Shown in pieces: positions 7,274 to 16,137 of a stretch of 17,208 nucleotides of DNA. Source of the DNA: Candidatus Methylomirabilota bacterium. Its GTDB lineage: Bacteria; Methylomirabilota; Methylomirabilia; Rokubacteriales; CSP1-6. The stretch lies in assembly GCA_046726415.1 (NCBI GenBank), contig JBKPAK010000022.1:1-17208 (forward strand). Direction: 5' to 3'. Each line of letters begins with the position of its first letter. Within the stretch, counting starts at the first letter, position 1. The notes below the pieces were generated by a model that was not told where the DNA came from, did no database searches, and saw nothing but the letters and a program-made list of their open reading frames with translations. The translations under genes were made by a program, and so were the position numbers.

Positions 7274-8614
7274 TCACCGTCGCGCCCTCGGAATTGGCAG
7301 GCCCAGGTTTTCTCTCAAGGTTTCACCCTCGTAGTCCTTGTGATACAGGCCGCGCCGCTGCAGTTCCGGGATCACGTATTTCACGAAATCCACATAAGAG
7401 CCGGGCACGTGTGTCGCGGCGACCACGAAGCCATCGCAAACCCCGGTGGAGAACCACTCCTCCAGCCCATCCGCGACTTCCTTCGGCCCACCGACGAAGG
7501 GCTTGTTGGGACGCGCGCGCCGGCTGAACGTGATGAAGTCTTTCGGCGTCGGATTCTTGAGGCCGGAGAGCTGCACGACCCGGTCGCGCATCGACTGCGT
7601 GCCGGAGATGCTGGCCAGCTCCTCGTCCGTGAACGGTTCATCCAGCTCCTTGGTCGCGAAATCGAAATTCATCGCTTCGGACAGCAAGGACAACGCATCC
7701 TCATCAGTCGCCAGTGTTTCGATCAGGGCCGCCTTGTCTTCGGCCGCCATCTTGCTCTCGGCGGCGATGACGTAGGCGGACGGGGCAATGATGCAATGCT
7801 GCGGGTCGCGCCCTTGCGCAGCCACGGAGTCCTTGATCTCGCGATAGTTCTTCCGGCCGGCATCAAGGGTGACCGGGCTGCCGACGAAGAGCAACTCACC
7901 CCAGCGCGCGGCGAAGCGCTTTCCCGGGCCGCTCTGTCCGGCCTGGATGATCACCGGGTGCCCTTGCTTCGAACGCGGCACCGTAAATGGGCCGCGAGAC
8001 CGGAAATACTCGCCCACATGGTCGATGCGCCGAACCTTGTCGGGATCCGCGAACAGGCCGGTCTTCTTGTCTTGCACGATCGCGTCGTCATCCCAGGAGT
8101 TCCAGTGGCCCATGACCACGTGCATGAACTCTTCGGCTCGATCGTAACGGCGGTCGTGCTCCATGTGCAGGTCGCGGCCCATGTTGAGGGCTTCGCCGTC
8201 ATTCATCGAGGTGACGACGTTCCACGCCGCCCGTCCGTTTGTCATCAGGTCGATCGTGGCGAATGTGCGGGCAACGTCGAAAGGCTCGTAATAGGTCGTG
8301 CTGCGCGTGGAGCCGAGGCCCAGCCGTTTGGTCGCCATGCCCATGACCATCAGGACGGTCACGGGGTCCATCTTCACGCAGCGGATGCCGTGCTGGACCG
8401 TGTGGCGATGGTCGTTGCCATAGCGATCGGGCATCGCCAGCCGGTCATCGAAGAAGCCGACGTGGAACTTGCCTTCCTCGAGCACCCGGCCAATGGTGGC
8501 GTAGAAGTCCGGAGACCAGGAATCCTCGCGGGACTCGGGATGTCGCCAGGAGCTGACCAGGTTCGTGCAGTTCTGCGCTTGCAGGAAGCCCACCATCACC
8601 ATCTGTCGTTGCAT
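7274..8614 (-). CDS. LLM-class flavin-dependent monooxygenase, NtaA/DmoA/SoxA family
   Basis: Start reassigned to ATG 8614 (MQRQMVMVGFLQAQNC; GGAGAGAGG RBS). SWRHP, STTYYEPFDVARTFATID, GRAAWNVVTS, RYDRAEEF, QAGQSGPG, PELQRRGL and TLRENLGL motifs. Confidence 0.95.
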   Translation of the reverse strand: MQRQMVMVGFLQAQNCTNLVSSWRHPESREDSWSPDFYATIGRVLEEGKFHVGFFDDRLAMPDRYGNDHRHTVQHGIRCVKMDPVTVLMVMGMATKRLGLGSTRSTTYYEPFDVARTFATIDLMTNGRAAWNVVTSMNDGEALNMGRDLHMEHDRRYDRAEEFMHVVMGHWNSWDDDAIVQDKKTGLFADPDKVRRIDHVGEYFRSRGPFTVPRSKQGHPVIIQAGQSGPGKRFAARWGELLFVGSPVTLDAGRKNYREIKDSVAAQGRDPQHCIIAPSAYVIAAESKMAAEDKAALIETLATDEDALSLLSEAMNFDFATKELDEPFTDEELASISGTQSMRDRVVQLSGLKNPTPKDFITFSRRARPNKPFVGGPKEVADGLEEWFSTGVCDGFVVAATHVPGSYVDFVKYVIPELQRRGLYHKDYEGETLRENLGLPIPRARR

Positions 8615-8673
8615 CGCCTCTCTCCGGTCAGATGACGGGATGGATCGCACCCCTCCACCGTCTTCGTCGCGAT

Positions 8674-8695
8674 CGTGGCCGCATTATAGGCCACG
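8674..8695 (-). promoter_or_regulatory. Consensus -10 (TATAAT) for the monooxygenase unit, enclosed by an inverted repeat
   Basis: ATTATA at 8683-8688 (TATAAT on minus) flanked by CGTGGCC (8674-8680) and GGCCACG (8689-8695). Confidence 0.55.
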
Positions 8696-8745
8696 CGGGA
8701 AACACTCCTCGACGCGCGGTGGCTGCATCAAGCGGCCGCAAGGAG

Positions 8746-8775
8746 TTGACCGAATCGATGCGGCGGACTTAGGCT
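8746..8775 (+). promoter_or_regulatory. Putative sigma70 promoter of the SDR gene
   Basis: TTGACC (8746-8751), 18-bp spacer, TAGGCT (8770-8775). Confidence 0.4.
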
Positions 8776-8852
8776 GACCCGGCGCGCCGGGATGAGAGAA
8801 GGGCCTGCGGTGAGCGTGAAATCAAAGACTGCATGAGCCGAGGAGGAGACAC

Positions 8853-9676
8853 ATGGCGACCGGGGCGAAGGCCGCGATCGTGACGGGTGCGGCGAGCGGA
8901 CTCGGTCGGGCGATGGCGCTCGGCCTTGCCGACAGCGGTATCGACGTCGTGGCCGTCGACCAGAACGCAGCGGCCCTCGGGGCGCTGGCCACCGCGATGG
9001 CCGGCAGGCGCGGATCGGTCCTGACCCATCCGGCTGATCTCACCCATCCGGACGCGTTCGAGGGGACTGCGGCAGCCGCGCAGGAGCGGTTTGGCCGCAT
9101 CGACATACTCGTCAACAATGCTGGCATCGGCCAGGCGTCGGTGCGGGCTGATCAGCGAAAGAATCCGATCCGATTCTGGGAAGCGACCCCCGAGCAGTGG
9201 ACCGCTTTCTGGCCGTGAATGCCACTGCCCCCATCATGATGGCCCGCGCGGTCGTGCCGCACATGCTGCGAGCCAGGCAGGGCCGCATCATCACCGTGAC
9301 CACCAGCCTCGGCACCATGGTGCGCGGGGGCTACCTGCTGTATGGCTCGAGCAAGGCCGCCGCGGAGTCGGCGACCGCAGTGATGGCAGCGGACCTGCTG
9401 GGCACTGGTGTCACGGCCAATGTCCTGGTTCCGGGCGGTGTGACCAATACCCCGCTGGTCGGCGCGGATGCTGGGGACCGCAGCAAGATGCTGCAGCCGG
9501 AGATCATGGTTCCGCCGCTCCTGTGGCTCGTGTCCGACGGCGCGGCCGGTGTCAGCGCCCGTCGCTTCATCGCCGCCGACTGGGATCCCTCTCTCCCGGC
9601 GGCGGTGGCGGTCGAGAAGGCCGGAGCGCCGATTGCCTGGCTGGGGATCGCGCGGATGCCGATCGAACCGACCTGA
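8853..9676 (+). pseudogene. Classical SDR oxidoreductase split by a 1-nt frameshift at ~9200 (real pseudogene or sequence error)
   Basis: The 5' frame has TGAASGLG and NNAG, ending ...TPEQW. The 3' frame continues RFLAVN...YGSSKAA...NVLVPGG. One added base after TGG (9198-9200) fuses them. Strong GAGGAGGAG RBS. Confidence 0.88.
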
Positions 9677-9747
9677 CCGACCGCTCCTCAGCCAATCGAG
9701 CCGACCTGACCGACGCCTGATCCGCCGATCGAGCCGATCTGAGCGGC
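9658..9747 (+). repeat. Three direct repeats with a 33-bp period copying the SDR 3' end
   Basis: GCCGATCGAACCGACCTGACCGAC (9658), GCCAATCGAGCCGACCTGACCGAC (9691), GCCGATCGAGCCGATCTGAGCGGC (9724), separated by different 9-bp linkers. Confidence 0.85.
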
Positions 9748-9875
9748 GGGTGCTCCCCGGAAGGGCTCGTCGTGCGCAGTGCTTGGGGTGCCTTGTATGA
9801 TTGCCTGCGGAAGCGGCCGGAAGCGCGTATCTGCAGGATGCGGCCCCTTCAAACGCGACAGCGGAGGCGGCGACC

Positions 9876-11327
9876 ATGATGAAACTGACCGAATACACCC
9901 AGTACGATGGACTCGGACTGGCCGACCTCGTGGCCAAGAAGCAGGTGTCGCCCAAGGAGCTAGCGCTGACCGCCGCGGCTGCGGTCGAGAAGGCCAACCC
10001 AACGCTCAGGGCCGTCGTGGAGATTTATCCCGATCGGACTGAAGAGCTCGACGAGACCAAGCTGGGCAACGGTCCCTTCCGCGGAGTTCCCTTCCTCATC
10101 AAGGACGTGTTCGGACACGAGAAGGGCCGCAAGATCGAGTTCGGGTCGCGGCTGTGCAAGGGCATGGTGGCCGAGGCGGATAGCTTCGTGCTCGAGCAGT
10201 TCCGCGACTCCGGCGTCAACATTCTCGGCCGCTCGGCCGCGCCCGAATACTCGATGTCGGGCACGACGGAGAGCGTCCTGTTCGGCAACACTTCCAACCC
10301 CTGGCGGAAGGGCTATTCCGCGGGCGGTTCCTCGGGTGGAGCGCAATCGGCCGTCATGTCCGGCATGGTACCCATCGCACACGGGTCCGACATTGGCGGC
10401 TCGATCCGTATCCCGGCGAGCTGGAACGGCGGTGTCGGCCTCAAGCCCTCGCGCGGGCGCGTCTCCGGCGGGCCCATGCTCGACGAGAGCGGCCTGGGTT
10501 TTGCCACGAATCTGATCCAGGCCAGGAGCGTGCGCGACGTCGCGACCATGCTCGATTGCTGCTCCCATTCCTATCCCGGCGATCCCTTCGCCATTCCCAG
10601 GCCGGACGAGAGCTTTGCCAGCCTGGCGCGAACGGCGCCGCCGAAGCTCAGGATCGGCGTCGTCCTGTCGGAGTTGGTCGGGATCAAGGTCGACGCGGAG
10701 GTTGCTCGGGTGGTCGAGGCCGTCGGCAAGAGCCTGGAGGACATGGGGCATAGCGTCGAGCACGCCACTGCCGACATGGGCGGGCTGGACACTCTCCGGC
10801 ACCTCAACGATGTGTTCTTCTTCGCCTTCGACGCCAGGCTCGATGGTTACGCCCGACGCGCCGGAACCAAGCCCGGACCGGACACGCTCGAGCCCGTCAT
10901 CCTGTCGCTCTACGAGTACGCCAAGGAAATCACGCCCGCCCGATTCATGGCCGCCCTGGCCGCCGTCAACGTCGCCCGCCGTAAGCTCGGCGCTTTCTAC
11001 AGCCGCTGCGACATCTGGTTGTCTCCAACGACGGCGCGCGTGGCCGAGCCGTGGGGAAACTATCACCTTTCAAAGCCCGGGGTGACGGCCAGGAGCCTTC
11101 CGGAGGCGCTGTTCGCCGTGCCCTGTCAGTTCACCGTCCCGCACAACATCATGGGGACGCCGGCGATGTCATTGCCGCTCGCCATGCACTCGAGTGGGTT
11201 GCCGATCGGCGTTCAGATCGCGGGCCGGCCCGCGTGTGAGCATCTAGTCTTGCAGCTGGCCGCCGCCCTCGAGACGGCAATGCCCTGGAAGGACCGTTTG
11301 CCGCCGCTCCACGTCGCCAGGATGTAG
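9876..11327 (+). CDS. Amidase-signature family amidase (NylA-like)
   Basis: Start at ATG 9876 (GGAGG RBS). GPFRGVPFLIKD (catalytic Lys), AGGSSGG, GSDIGGSIRIPAS (Ser nucleophile), GLKPSRGR and GLPIGVQ motifs. N-terminal YTQYDGLGLADLV. Confidence 0.95.
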   Translation: MMKLTEYTQYDGLGLADLVAKKQVSPKELALTAAAAVEKANPTLRAVVEIYPDRTEELDETKLGNGPFRGVPFLIKDVFGHEKGRKIEFGSRLCKGMVAEADSFVLEQFRDSGVNILGRSAAPEYSMSGTTESVLFGNTSNPWRKGYSAGGSSGGAQSAVMSGMVPIAHGSDIGGSIRIPASWNGGVGLKPSRGRVSGGPMLDESGLGFATNLIQARSVRDVATMLDCCSHSYPGDPFAIPRPDESFASLARTAPPKLRIGVVLSELVGIKVDAEVARVVEAVGKSLEDMGHSVEHATADMGGLDTLRHLNDVFFFAFDARLDGYARRAGTKPGPDTLEPVILSLYEYAKEITPARFMAALAAVNVARRKLGAFYSRCDIWLSPTTARVAEPWGNYHLSKPGVTARSLPEALFAVPCQFTVPHNIMGTPAMSLPLAMHSSGLPIGVQIAGRPACEHLVLQLAAALETAMPWKDRLPPLHVARM

Positions 11328-11499
11328 GCTAGGCCCACGACAGCCGCGAAGCGGGCGCGCCCATTTCGACGAGGCGCCCGCCCTCCGTCACCGAGCGGAA
11401 GAGTCGGCGGAGCTCCTCGCGCCCTGTCCCCGGACGCGCGCGGTCTCGGCAAAAACCCGGTGGTCGGCGGGACAGACCGTCGGCTACGATGGGCGCTCC

Positions 11500-13035
11500 A
11501 TGGGCCAATCTCCCCTCCTGTCTCTGCGTGCCATCACGAAGCGATTCCCCGGCGTGACCGCCAACGACCACGTCGATCTCGACGTGCACCGCGGCGAGGT
11601 CCTGGCACTCGTAGGCGAGAACGGGGCGGGGAAGAGCACCCTCATGAAGATCCTCTACGGCTTCTACCGGGCGGACGCCGGGGAGATTCGCCGCGAGGGC
11701 CAGCTGGTGGATGTCCGGTCGCCGCACGACGCGCGCCGGCTCGGCATTGGCCTCGTGTTCCAGGATTTCGTGCAGATCCCCGCCCTCAGCGTGGCCGAGA
11801 ACATCGCGCTGTTCCTGCCCGACCTCCCCTGGGTGCTCGACACGGGCGCCCTCGCCGGGCGCATCCGGTCGATGTCGGCGCGATACGGCTTCGACGTCGA
11901 CCCGTCCGCGGAGGTCTGGCGCCTGTCGGTGGGCGAGCGCCAGAAGGTGGAAGTGCTCAAGCTCTTGCTCGCCGATGCGCGGATCCTCGTCCTGGACGAG
12001 CCCACCCGCAGCCTGGCGCCCCACGAGGTCGACGGGCTCTTCGCGAGCTTCGACCAGCTCCGGCGGGACGGGTATGCCATCGTGTTCATCGCCCACAAGC
12101 TGCGCGAGGTCCTCGCCTGCGCCGACCGCATCACCGTCATGCGACGGGGCCGGGTCGCGGGGACGCTGACACGCGCGGCGGCCTCGGAAGCGGTGCTCGT
12201 GTCGCTGATGTTCGGCGGCGCGCTCGCCGAGCCGGTGGCGCATTCGCGCGCGGTAGTGGCGGCGGCGACGCCTGTGCTGGCGCTGGAGGGCGTGGGGACG
12301 CGCGCCGAGGGGTACCGGACGGCGCTGGTCGACATCGATCTGACGATCCGGCCCGGGGAGATCGTCGGCGTGGCCGGCGTCTCCGGCAACGGTCAGCGCG
12401 AGCTGGGCGACGTGATCCTCGGAGTCGAACCGTGCGTCCGCGGTGTCAAGCGCCTCGGCGGCCGGGAGGCCACGGCGTGGTCCGTCGCCCGCGTCCGGGC
12501 GGATGGCGTCGCCTTCGTCCCCGAGGACGCCCTCGGGATGGCGGCGGTGCCGTCTCTGACGCCGCTTGCGAACATGGCGCTCGCCGACACCCGCCGCTAC
12601 GCGCGGGCGGGCGGCCTCGCCATGGACTGGCCGGCCGTGCGCCGCGACCTCGAGGCGGCGCTGGCGCGGCTCTCCGTGACCTTGCCGTCGCTCGACGTCC
12701 CGGCGAGCGCGTTGTCGGGGGGCAACGTGCAGCGGATGATCCTGGCCCGCGAGCTGGCCCACGAGCCGGGCTTGATCGTAGCGTTCTATCCCACGCGGGG
12801 GCTCGATGCGCGGAGTGCGGTCGCCGCTCGCGCGCTGCTCGTGGCTGCCCGCGAGCGGGGGGCGGGGGTGCTGCTCATCTCGGAGGACATGGACGAGCTG
12901 TTCGCGCTCAGCGATCGCCTCGCCGTGCTGTTCCATGGGCGCATCGTCGGCACGGGGACGCCGCATGCGCTCACCCGCGACGAGGTCGGGTATCTCATGA
13001 CGGGCTCCACGCCACGGCATGCCTGCCGCGGGTGA
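11500..13035 (+). CDS. ABC transporter ATP-binding protein, duplicated-domain nucleoside/sugar type
   Basis: GENGAGKST Walker A, LSVGERQKVE, LVLDEPT. Second domain has GVSGNGQREL, LSGGNVQR, PTRGLD and ISEDMDE. Confidence 0.96.
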   Translation: MGQSPLLSLRAITKRFPGVTANDHVDLDVHRGEVLALVGENGAGKSTLMKILYGFYRADAGEIRREGQLVDVRSPHDARRLGIGLVFQDFVQIPALSVAENIALFLPDLPWVLDTGALAGRIRSMSARYGFDVDPSAEVWRLSVGERQKVEVLKLLLADARILVLDEPTRSLAPHEVDGLFASFDQLRRDGYAIVFIAHKLREVLACADRITVMRRGRVAGTLTRAAASEAVLVSLMFGGALAEPVAHSRAVVAAATPVLALEGVGTRAEGYRTALVDIDLTIRPGEIVGVAGVSGNGQRELGDVILGVEPCVRGVKRLGGREATAWSVARVRADGVAFVPEDALGMAAVPSLTPLANMALADTRRYARAGGLAMDWPAVRRDLEAALARLSVTLPSLDVPASALSGGNVQRMILARELAHEPGLIVAFYPTRGLDARSAVAARALLVAARERGAGVLLISEDMDELFALSDRLAVLFHGRIVGTGTPHALTRDEVGYLMTGSTPRHACRG

Positions 13036-14068
13036 GTCGGCCATCGGGCGCGGGTGGGTTCAGGGCCAGTGGCTCCAGAGGCTCGGCCGATCGAGCGCAC
13101 TCGCTGCGCTCGGTCTCGGCATCTTCGCCCTCGTGCTGTTGGTGTTCGGAAAGAACCCGTTGAAGGCGTACGCCGACATATTCACCAGCACGCTGGGGAG
13201 CTGGTACGGGCTGTCCGAAACGCTGGTCAAGATGATCCCACTGGTGCTGGCTGCTGTCGCCGTCGCCGTGCCCGCCCAGATCTGGCTCATCAACGTCGGT
13301 GGCGAGGGACAGCTCCACGTCGGCGCGCTGTTCGCGACCTGGGGCGCGCTCACGTTTAGCCACTGGCCCGGGTGGATGCTGTTGCCCCTGATGGCCGCGC
13401 TCGGGTTCCTCGGCGGCGGTCTCTGGGCGGCGCTGGCCGGGGCGCTGCGGGCGCGAGGCTGGGTGAGCGAGACGATCTCCACCTTGCTCCTGAACTACGT
13501 GGCGATCCTGCTCGTGAGCTTCTTCGTTTTCGGGCCGTGGAAAGATCCGGAAGGCGTCAACTACCCCCAGACGGCGGAGTTCCCGGCCGCCGCCACCCTG
13601 CCGATGCTCGGGGCGAGCCGCGTTCACCTCGGCCTCGTGCTCGCGGCCGCGGCGGTGCTGCTGTTCGCGTTCGTGGTGGGGCGGACGCGCTGGGGCCTCG
13701 AGATGCGCGCCATCGGCGGCAACGTGGAAGCGGCGCGGCGCGCCGGGATCCTCATCGGCCGGTACGTCGTCCTGCTCATGCTCGTCGGGGGTGGTCTCGC
13801 GGGCCTCGCCGGGATGGTCGAGGTCTCCGCCGTGCAGGGACGGCTCCGGCCGAGCCTGTCCCCCGGGTACGGCTACACGGGGTTCCTGATCAGCTGGATG
13901 GCGGGAGGGCGCCCCCTCGCGATTGTGGCGGCGGCGTTCCTGCTGGCCGTCATCACTGCCGGTGGCGACATCCTCCAGATGACCCAGGCCCTGCCCGCCT
14001 CGGTCGCGAACATCCTGATGGCGGTCATCCTCTTCGTCGTCCTCGGGCGCCGCGGGGGCGCGCCATGA
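13019..14068 (+). CDS. ABC transporter permease (nucleoside/BMP-associated)
   Basis: Hydrophobic; NVGGEGQL, SETISTLLLNYVA, RTRWGLEMRAIGGN and GYGYTG motifs. Start uncertain. Confidence 0.93.
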   Translation: MPAAGESAIGRGWVQGQWLQRLGRSSALAALGLGIFALVLLVFGKNPLKAYADIFTSTLGSWYGLSETLVKMIPLVLAAVAVAVPAQIWLINVGGEGQLHVGALFATWGALTFSHWPGWMLLPLMAALGFLGGGLWAALAGALRARGWVSETISTLLLNYVAILLVSFFVFGPWKDPEGVNYPQTAEFPAAATLPMLGASRVHLGLVLAAAAVLLFAFVVGRTRWGLEMRAIGGNVEAARRAGILIGRYVVLLMLVGGGLAGLAGMVEVSAVQGRLRPSLSPGYGYTGFLISWMAGGRPLAIVAAAFLLAVITAGGDILQMTQALPASVANILMAVILFVVLGRRGGAP

Positions 14069-14979
14069 TCACCGCGCTACGCAGCCTCCTCTCGGGCGCG
14101 ATCCTCACGGGCACGCCGCTGCTCTACGCGACGCTTGCGGAGCTCCTCGGTGAGCGCGCCGGCGTGGTGAACCTCGGTCTCGAGGGCGTGATGCTGATGG
14201 GGGCAGTGGCGGCCTTCGCCACCATGGTGCAGACGGGTAGCGCGGTCGCCGCGGTGGCGGCGGGGGCGCTCGCCGGAGCGCTCTTCAACATGATCTTCGC
14301 GTTCCTCGTCATCACGCGGCGGGCCAACCAGCTGGCCAGCGGCCTCGCCCTCATGTTCTGCGGGGTGGGACTGAGCGCGCTGCTGGGCCGGCGGTACATC
14401 GGCAGCCGCATCGCGGGGCTCCCCGAGCTGCCGATCCCGTGGCTCTCGGAGCTGCCGCTGCTCGGCCCGATCGCGTTCCAGCACGACGCGCTGGTCTACG
14501 CCGCCGGGCCCGTCGCCGCGCTGACGTGGTGGGTGCTCTTCTCCACGCGCTGGGGGCTGACCCTTCGCGCGGTCGGTGAGAATCCCACGGCTGCGTTCGC
14601 GGCCGGCCGCAGTCCGCAGCTCTTGCAGTACCAGGCGCTGCTCGTCGCCGGCGCGCTGGCCGGGATTGCCGGCGCGCACCTCTCGCTGGGCCTGGCCAAG
14701 ACATGGGCGGAGTGGATGACGGCGGGCCGTGGATTCATCGCGGTGGCGCTGGTGATCTTCTCCAAGTGGCATCCCCTGCGCGCGGTGGCGGGGGCGTTGC
14801 TGTTCGGCGGGGCCATCTCCCTGCAGCTCCAGATGCAGGCGCTCGGCGTGCCCATCTCGCCGTTCCTGCTCGACATGCTGCCCTACGTGCTGAGCCTGGG
14901 CGTGCTGGCGCTGTGGGGCGGCCGGCGCCGCCACGCCGCGCCGGCCAGCCTGGGCCGGGTCTTCCAGCGCAGTGGATGA
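14065..14979 (+). CDS. ABC transporter permease (nucleoside/BMP-associated)
   Basis: True start ATG 14065 in an ATGA overlap. GTPLLYATLAELLGERAGVVNLGLEGVML, ANQLASGLAL, LRAVGENP, GRGFIAVALVIF and MLPY motifs. Confidence 0.94.
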   Translation: MITALRSLLSGAILTGTPLLYATLAELLGERAGVVNLGLEGVMLMGAVAAFATMVQTGSAVAAVAAGALAGALFNMIFAFLVITRRANQLASGLALMFCGVGLSALLGRRYIGSRIAGLPELPIPWLSELPLLGPIAFQHDALVYAAGPVAALTWWVLFSTRWGLTLRAVGENPTAAFAAGRSPQLLQYQALLVAGALAGIAGAHLSLGLAKTWAEWMTAGRGFIAVALVIFSKWHPLRAVAGALLFGGAISLQLQMQALGVPISPFLLDMLPYVLSLGVLALWGGRRRHAAPASLGRVFQRSG

Positions 14980-15018
14980 GGGCGGCCCTTCACGACACAG
15001 GGGAAAGGAGTGGTGGCG

Positions 15019-16116
15019 ATGATCACGAGGGTGCACGGGCGGTGGCGGATGCTCCTGGGGGCGGTGATGGTGCTGGTGCTGCTGCCGTTCGGACACGACG
15101 CGGTCGCGCAGCAGCCGAAGCTGAAGGTCGGCATCCTCCACGTGGGCTCGATCAACGACGCGGGCTACAACCAGGCGCACGCCGAGGGCGTGCAGATCAT
15201 GAAGAAGAACCTCCCCGAGATCGAGGTCATCGAGGTCGAGAACGTCCCCGAGGGGGCCGACGCTGAGCGGGTCATGGAGAACATGATCAAGCAGGGAGCC
15301 CGACTCATCATCCCGGCGAGCTTCGGATACCTGGAGCCTGCGCTGCGGGTCGCCCAGCGCCACCCCGACGTGAAGTTCGCACACCCTGGCGGCTATAAGC
15401 GCGCCGCGAACTTCACGACGTACTGGGCCAGCACGCCCGAAGCCTTCTACCTCATGGGCATGGCCGCCGGCAAGACGACGAAGACGGACAAGCTCGGGTA
15501 CGTCGTCGCGCTCCCCATCAGCTTCTTCCTGGCCAACGTCAACGCCTTCCAACTCGGGGCCCGCTCCGTGAACCCGAAGGCCGAGACGCGCGTGGTGTTC
15601 ACCGGGGGGTTTCTCGACCCCGGCAAGGAGGCCACGGCGGCCAATGCGCTGCTCGAGCAGGGGGTGGACGTGCTGGGAGTCATCGTGGACTCGCCGATTG
15701 CCGTCGTGCAGGCGGCGGAGAAGCGCGGCGCCTACTCCGTCGGCTATCACTACGTCGGGGTGCAGAGGTTCGCACCTAGGGGCTGGATCAGCGGGATCGC
15801 GTTCACGTGGGGCAGCCTCTACACCCGGTTCGCGAGGCAGGTGATGGACGGCACGTGGAAGAGCGAGAACATCCTGGGCGGACTCGGCGACGACTACCTC
15901 ACGATCGCGCCGTTCGGTCCCGCGGTGCCGGACGATGCCGTGAAGCTCGTGAACGCCGCCAAGCAGGAGTTCGCGAGCGGCAAGCGGCAGGTGTTCCAGG
16001 GGCCGCTCCGGGACAACAAGGGCGTCGAGAGGGTGAAGGCCGGCGAGGCGTTCCCTTTGACCGAGCTGCGCCGGATGGATTGGCTCGTGGAGGGCGTCGT
16101 CGGCCAGCCGAAATAG
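15019..16116 (+). CDS. BMP-family ABC substrate-binding protein (purine/nucleoside type)
   Basis: AAGGAG RBS then ATG 15019. Signal peptide ending AVA-Q with no lipobox Cys. DAGYNQAHAEG, ENVPEG, SFGY, NAFQLGARSVNP, FLDPGKE and MDWLVEGVVG motifs. Confidence 0.94.
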   Translation: MITRVHGRWRMLLGAVMVLVLLPFGHDAVAQQPKLKVGILHVGSINDAGYNQAHAEGVQIMKKNLPEIEVIEVENVPEGADAERVMENMIKQGARLIIPASFGYLEPALRVAQRHPDVKFAHPGGYKRAANFTTYWASTPEAFYLMGMAAGKTTKTDKLGYVVALPISFFLANVNAFQLGARSVNPKAETRVVFTGGFLDPGKEATAANALLEQGVDVLGVIVDSPIAVVQAAEKRGAYSVGYHYVGVQRFAPRGWISGIAFTWGSLYTRFARQVMDGTWKSENILGGLGDDYLTIAPFGPAVPDDAVKLVNAAKQEFASGKRQVFQGPLRDNKGVERVKAGEAFPLTELRRMDWLVEGVVGQPK

Positions 16117-16137
16117 GGCGAATCTCCGACGGGTTGC

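Noticed and set aside
9658..9747. CRISPR array
   Set aside because: Spacers are only 9 bp, the repeats overlap a coding 3' end, and there are no cas genes.
11329..11460. Possible minus-strand gene remnant or hairpin (GCGGGCGC...GCGCCCGC) after the amidase
   Set aside because: No recognisable family; the hairpin has a large loop and no U-tract.
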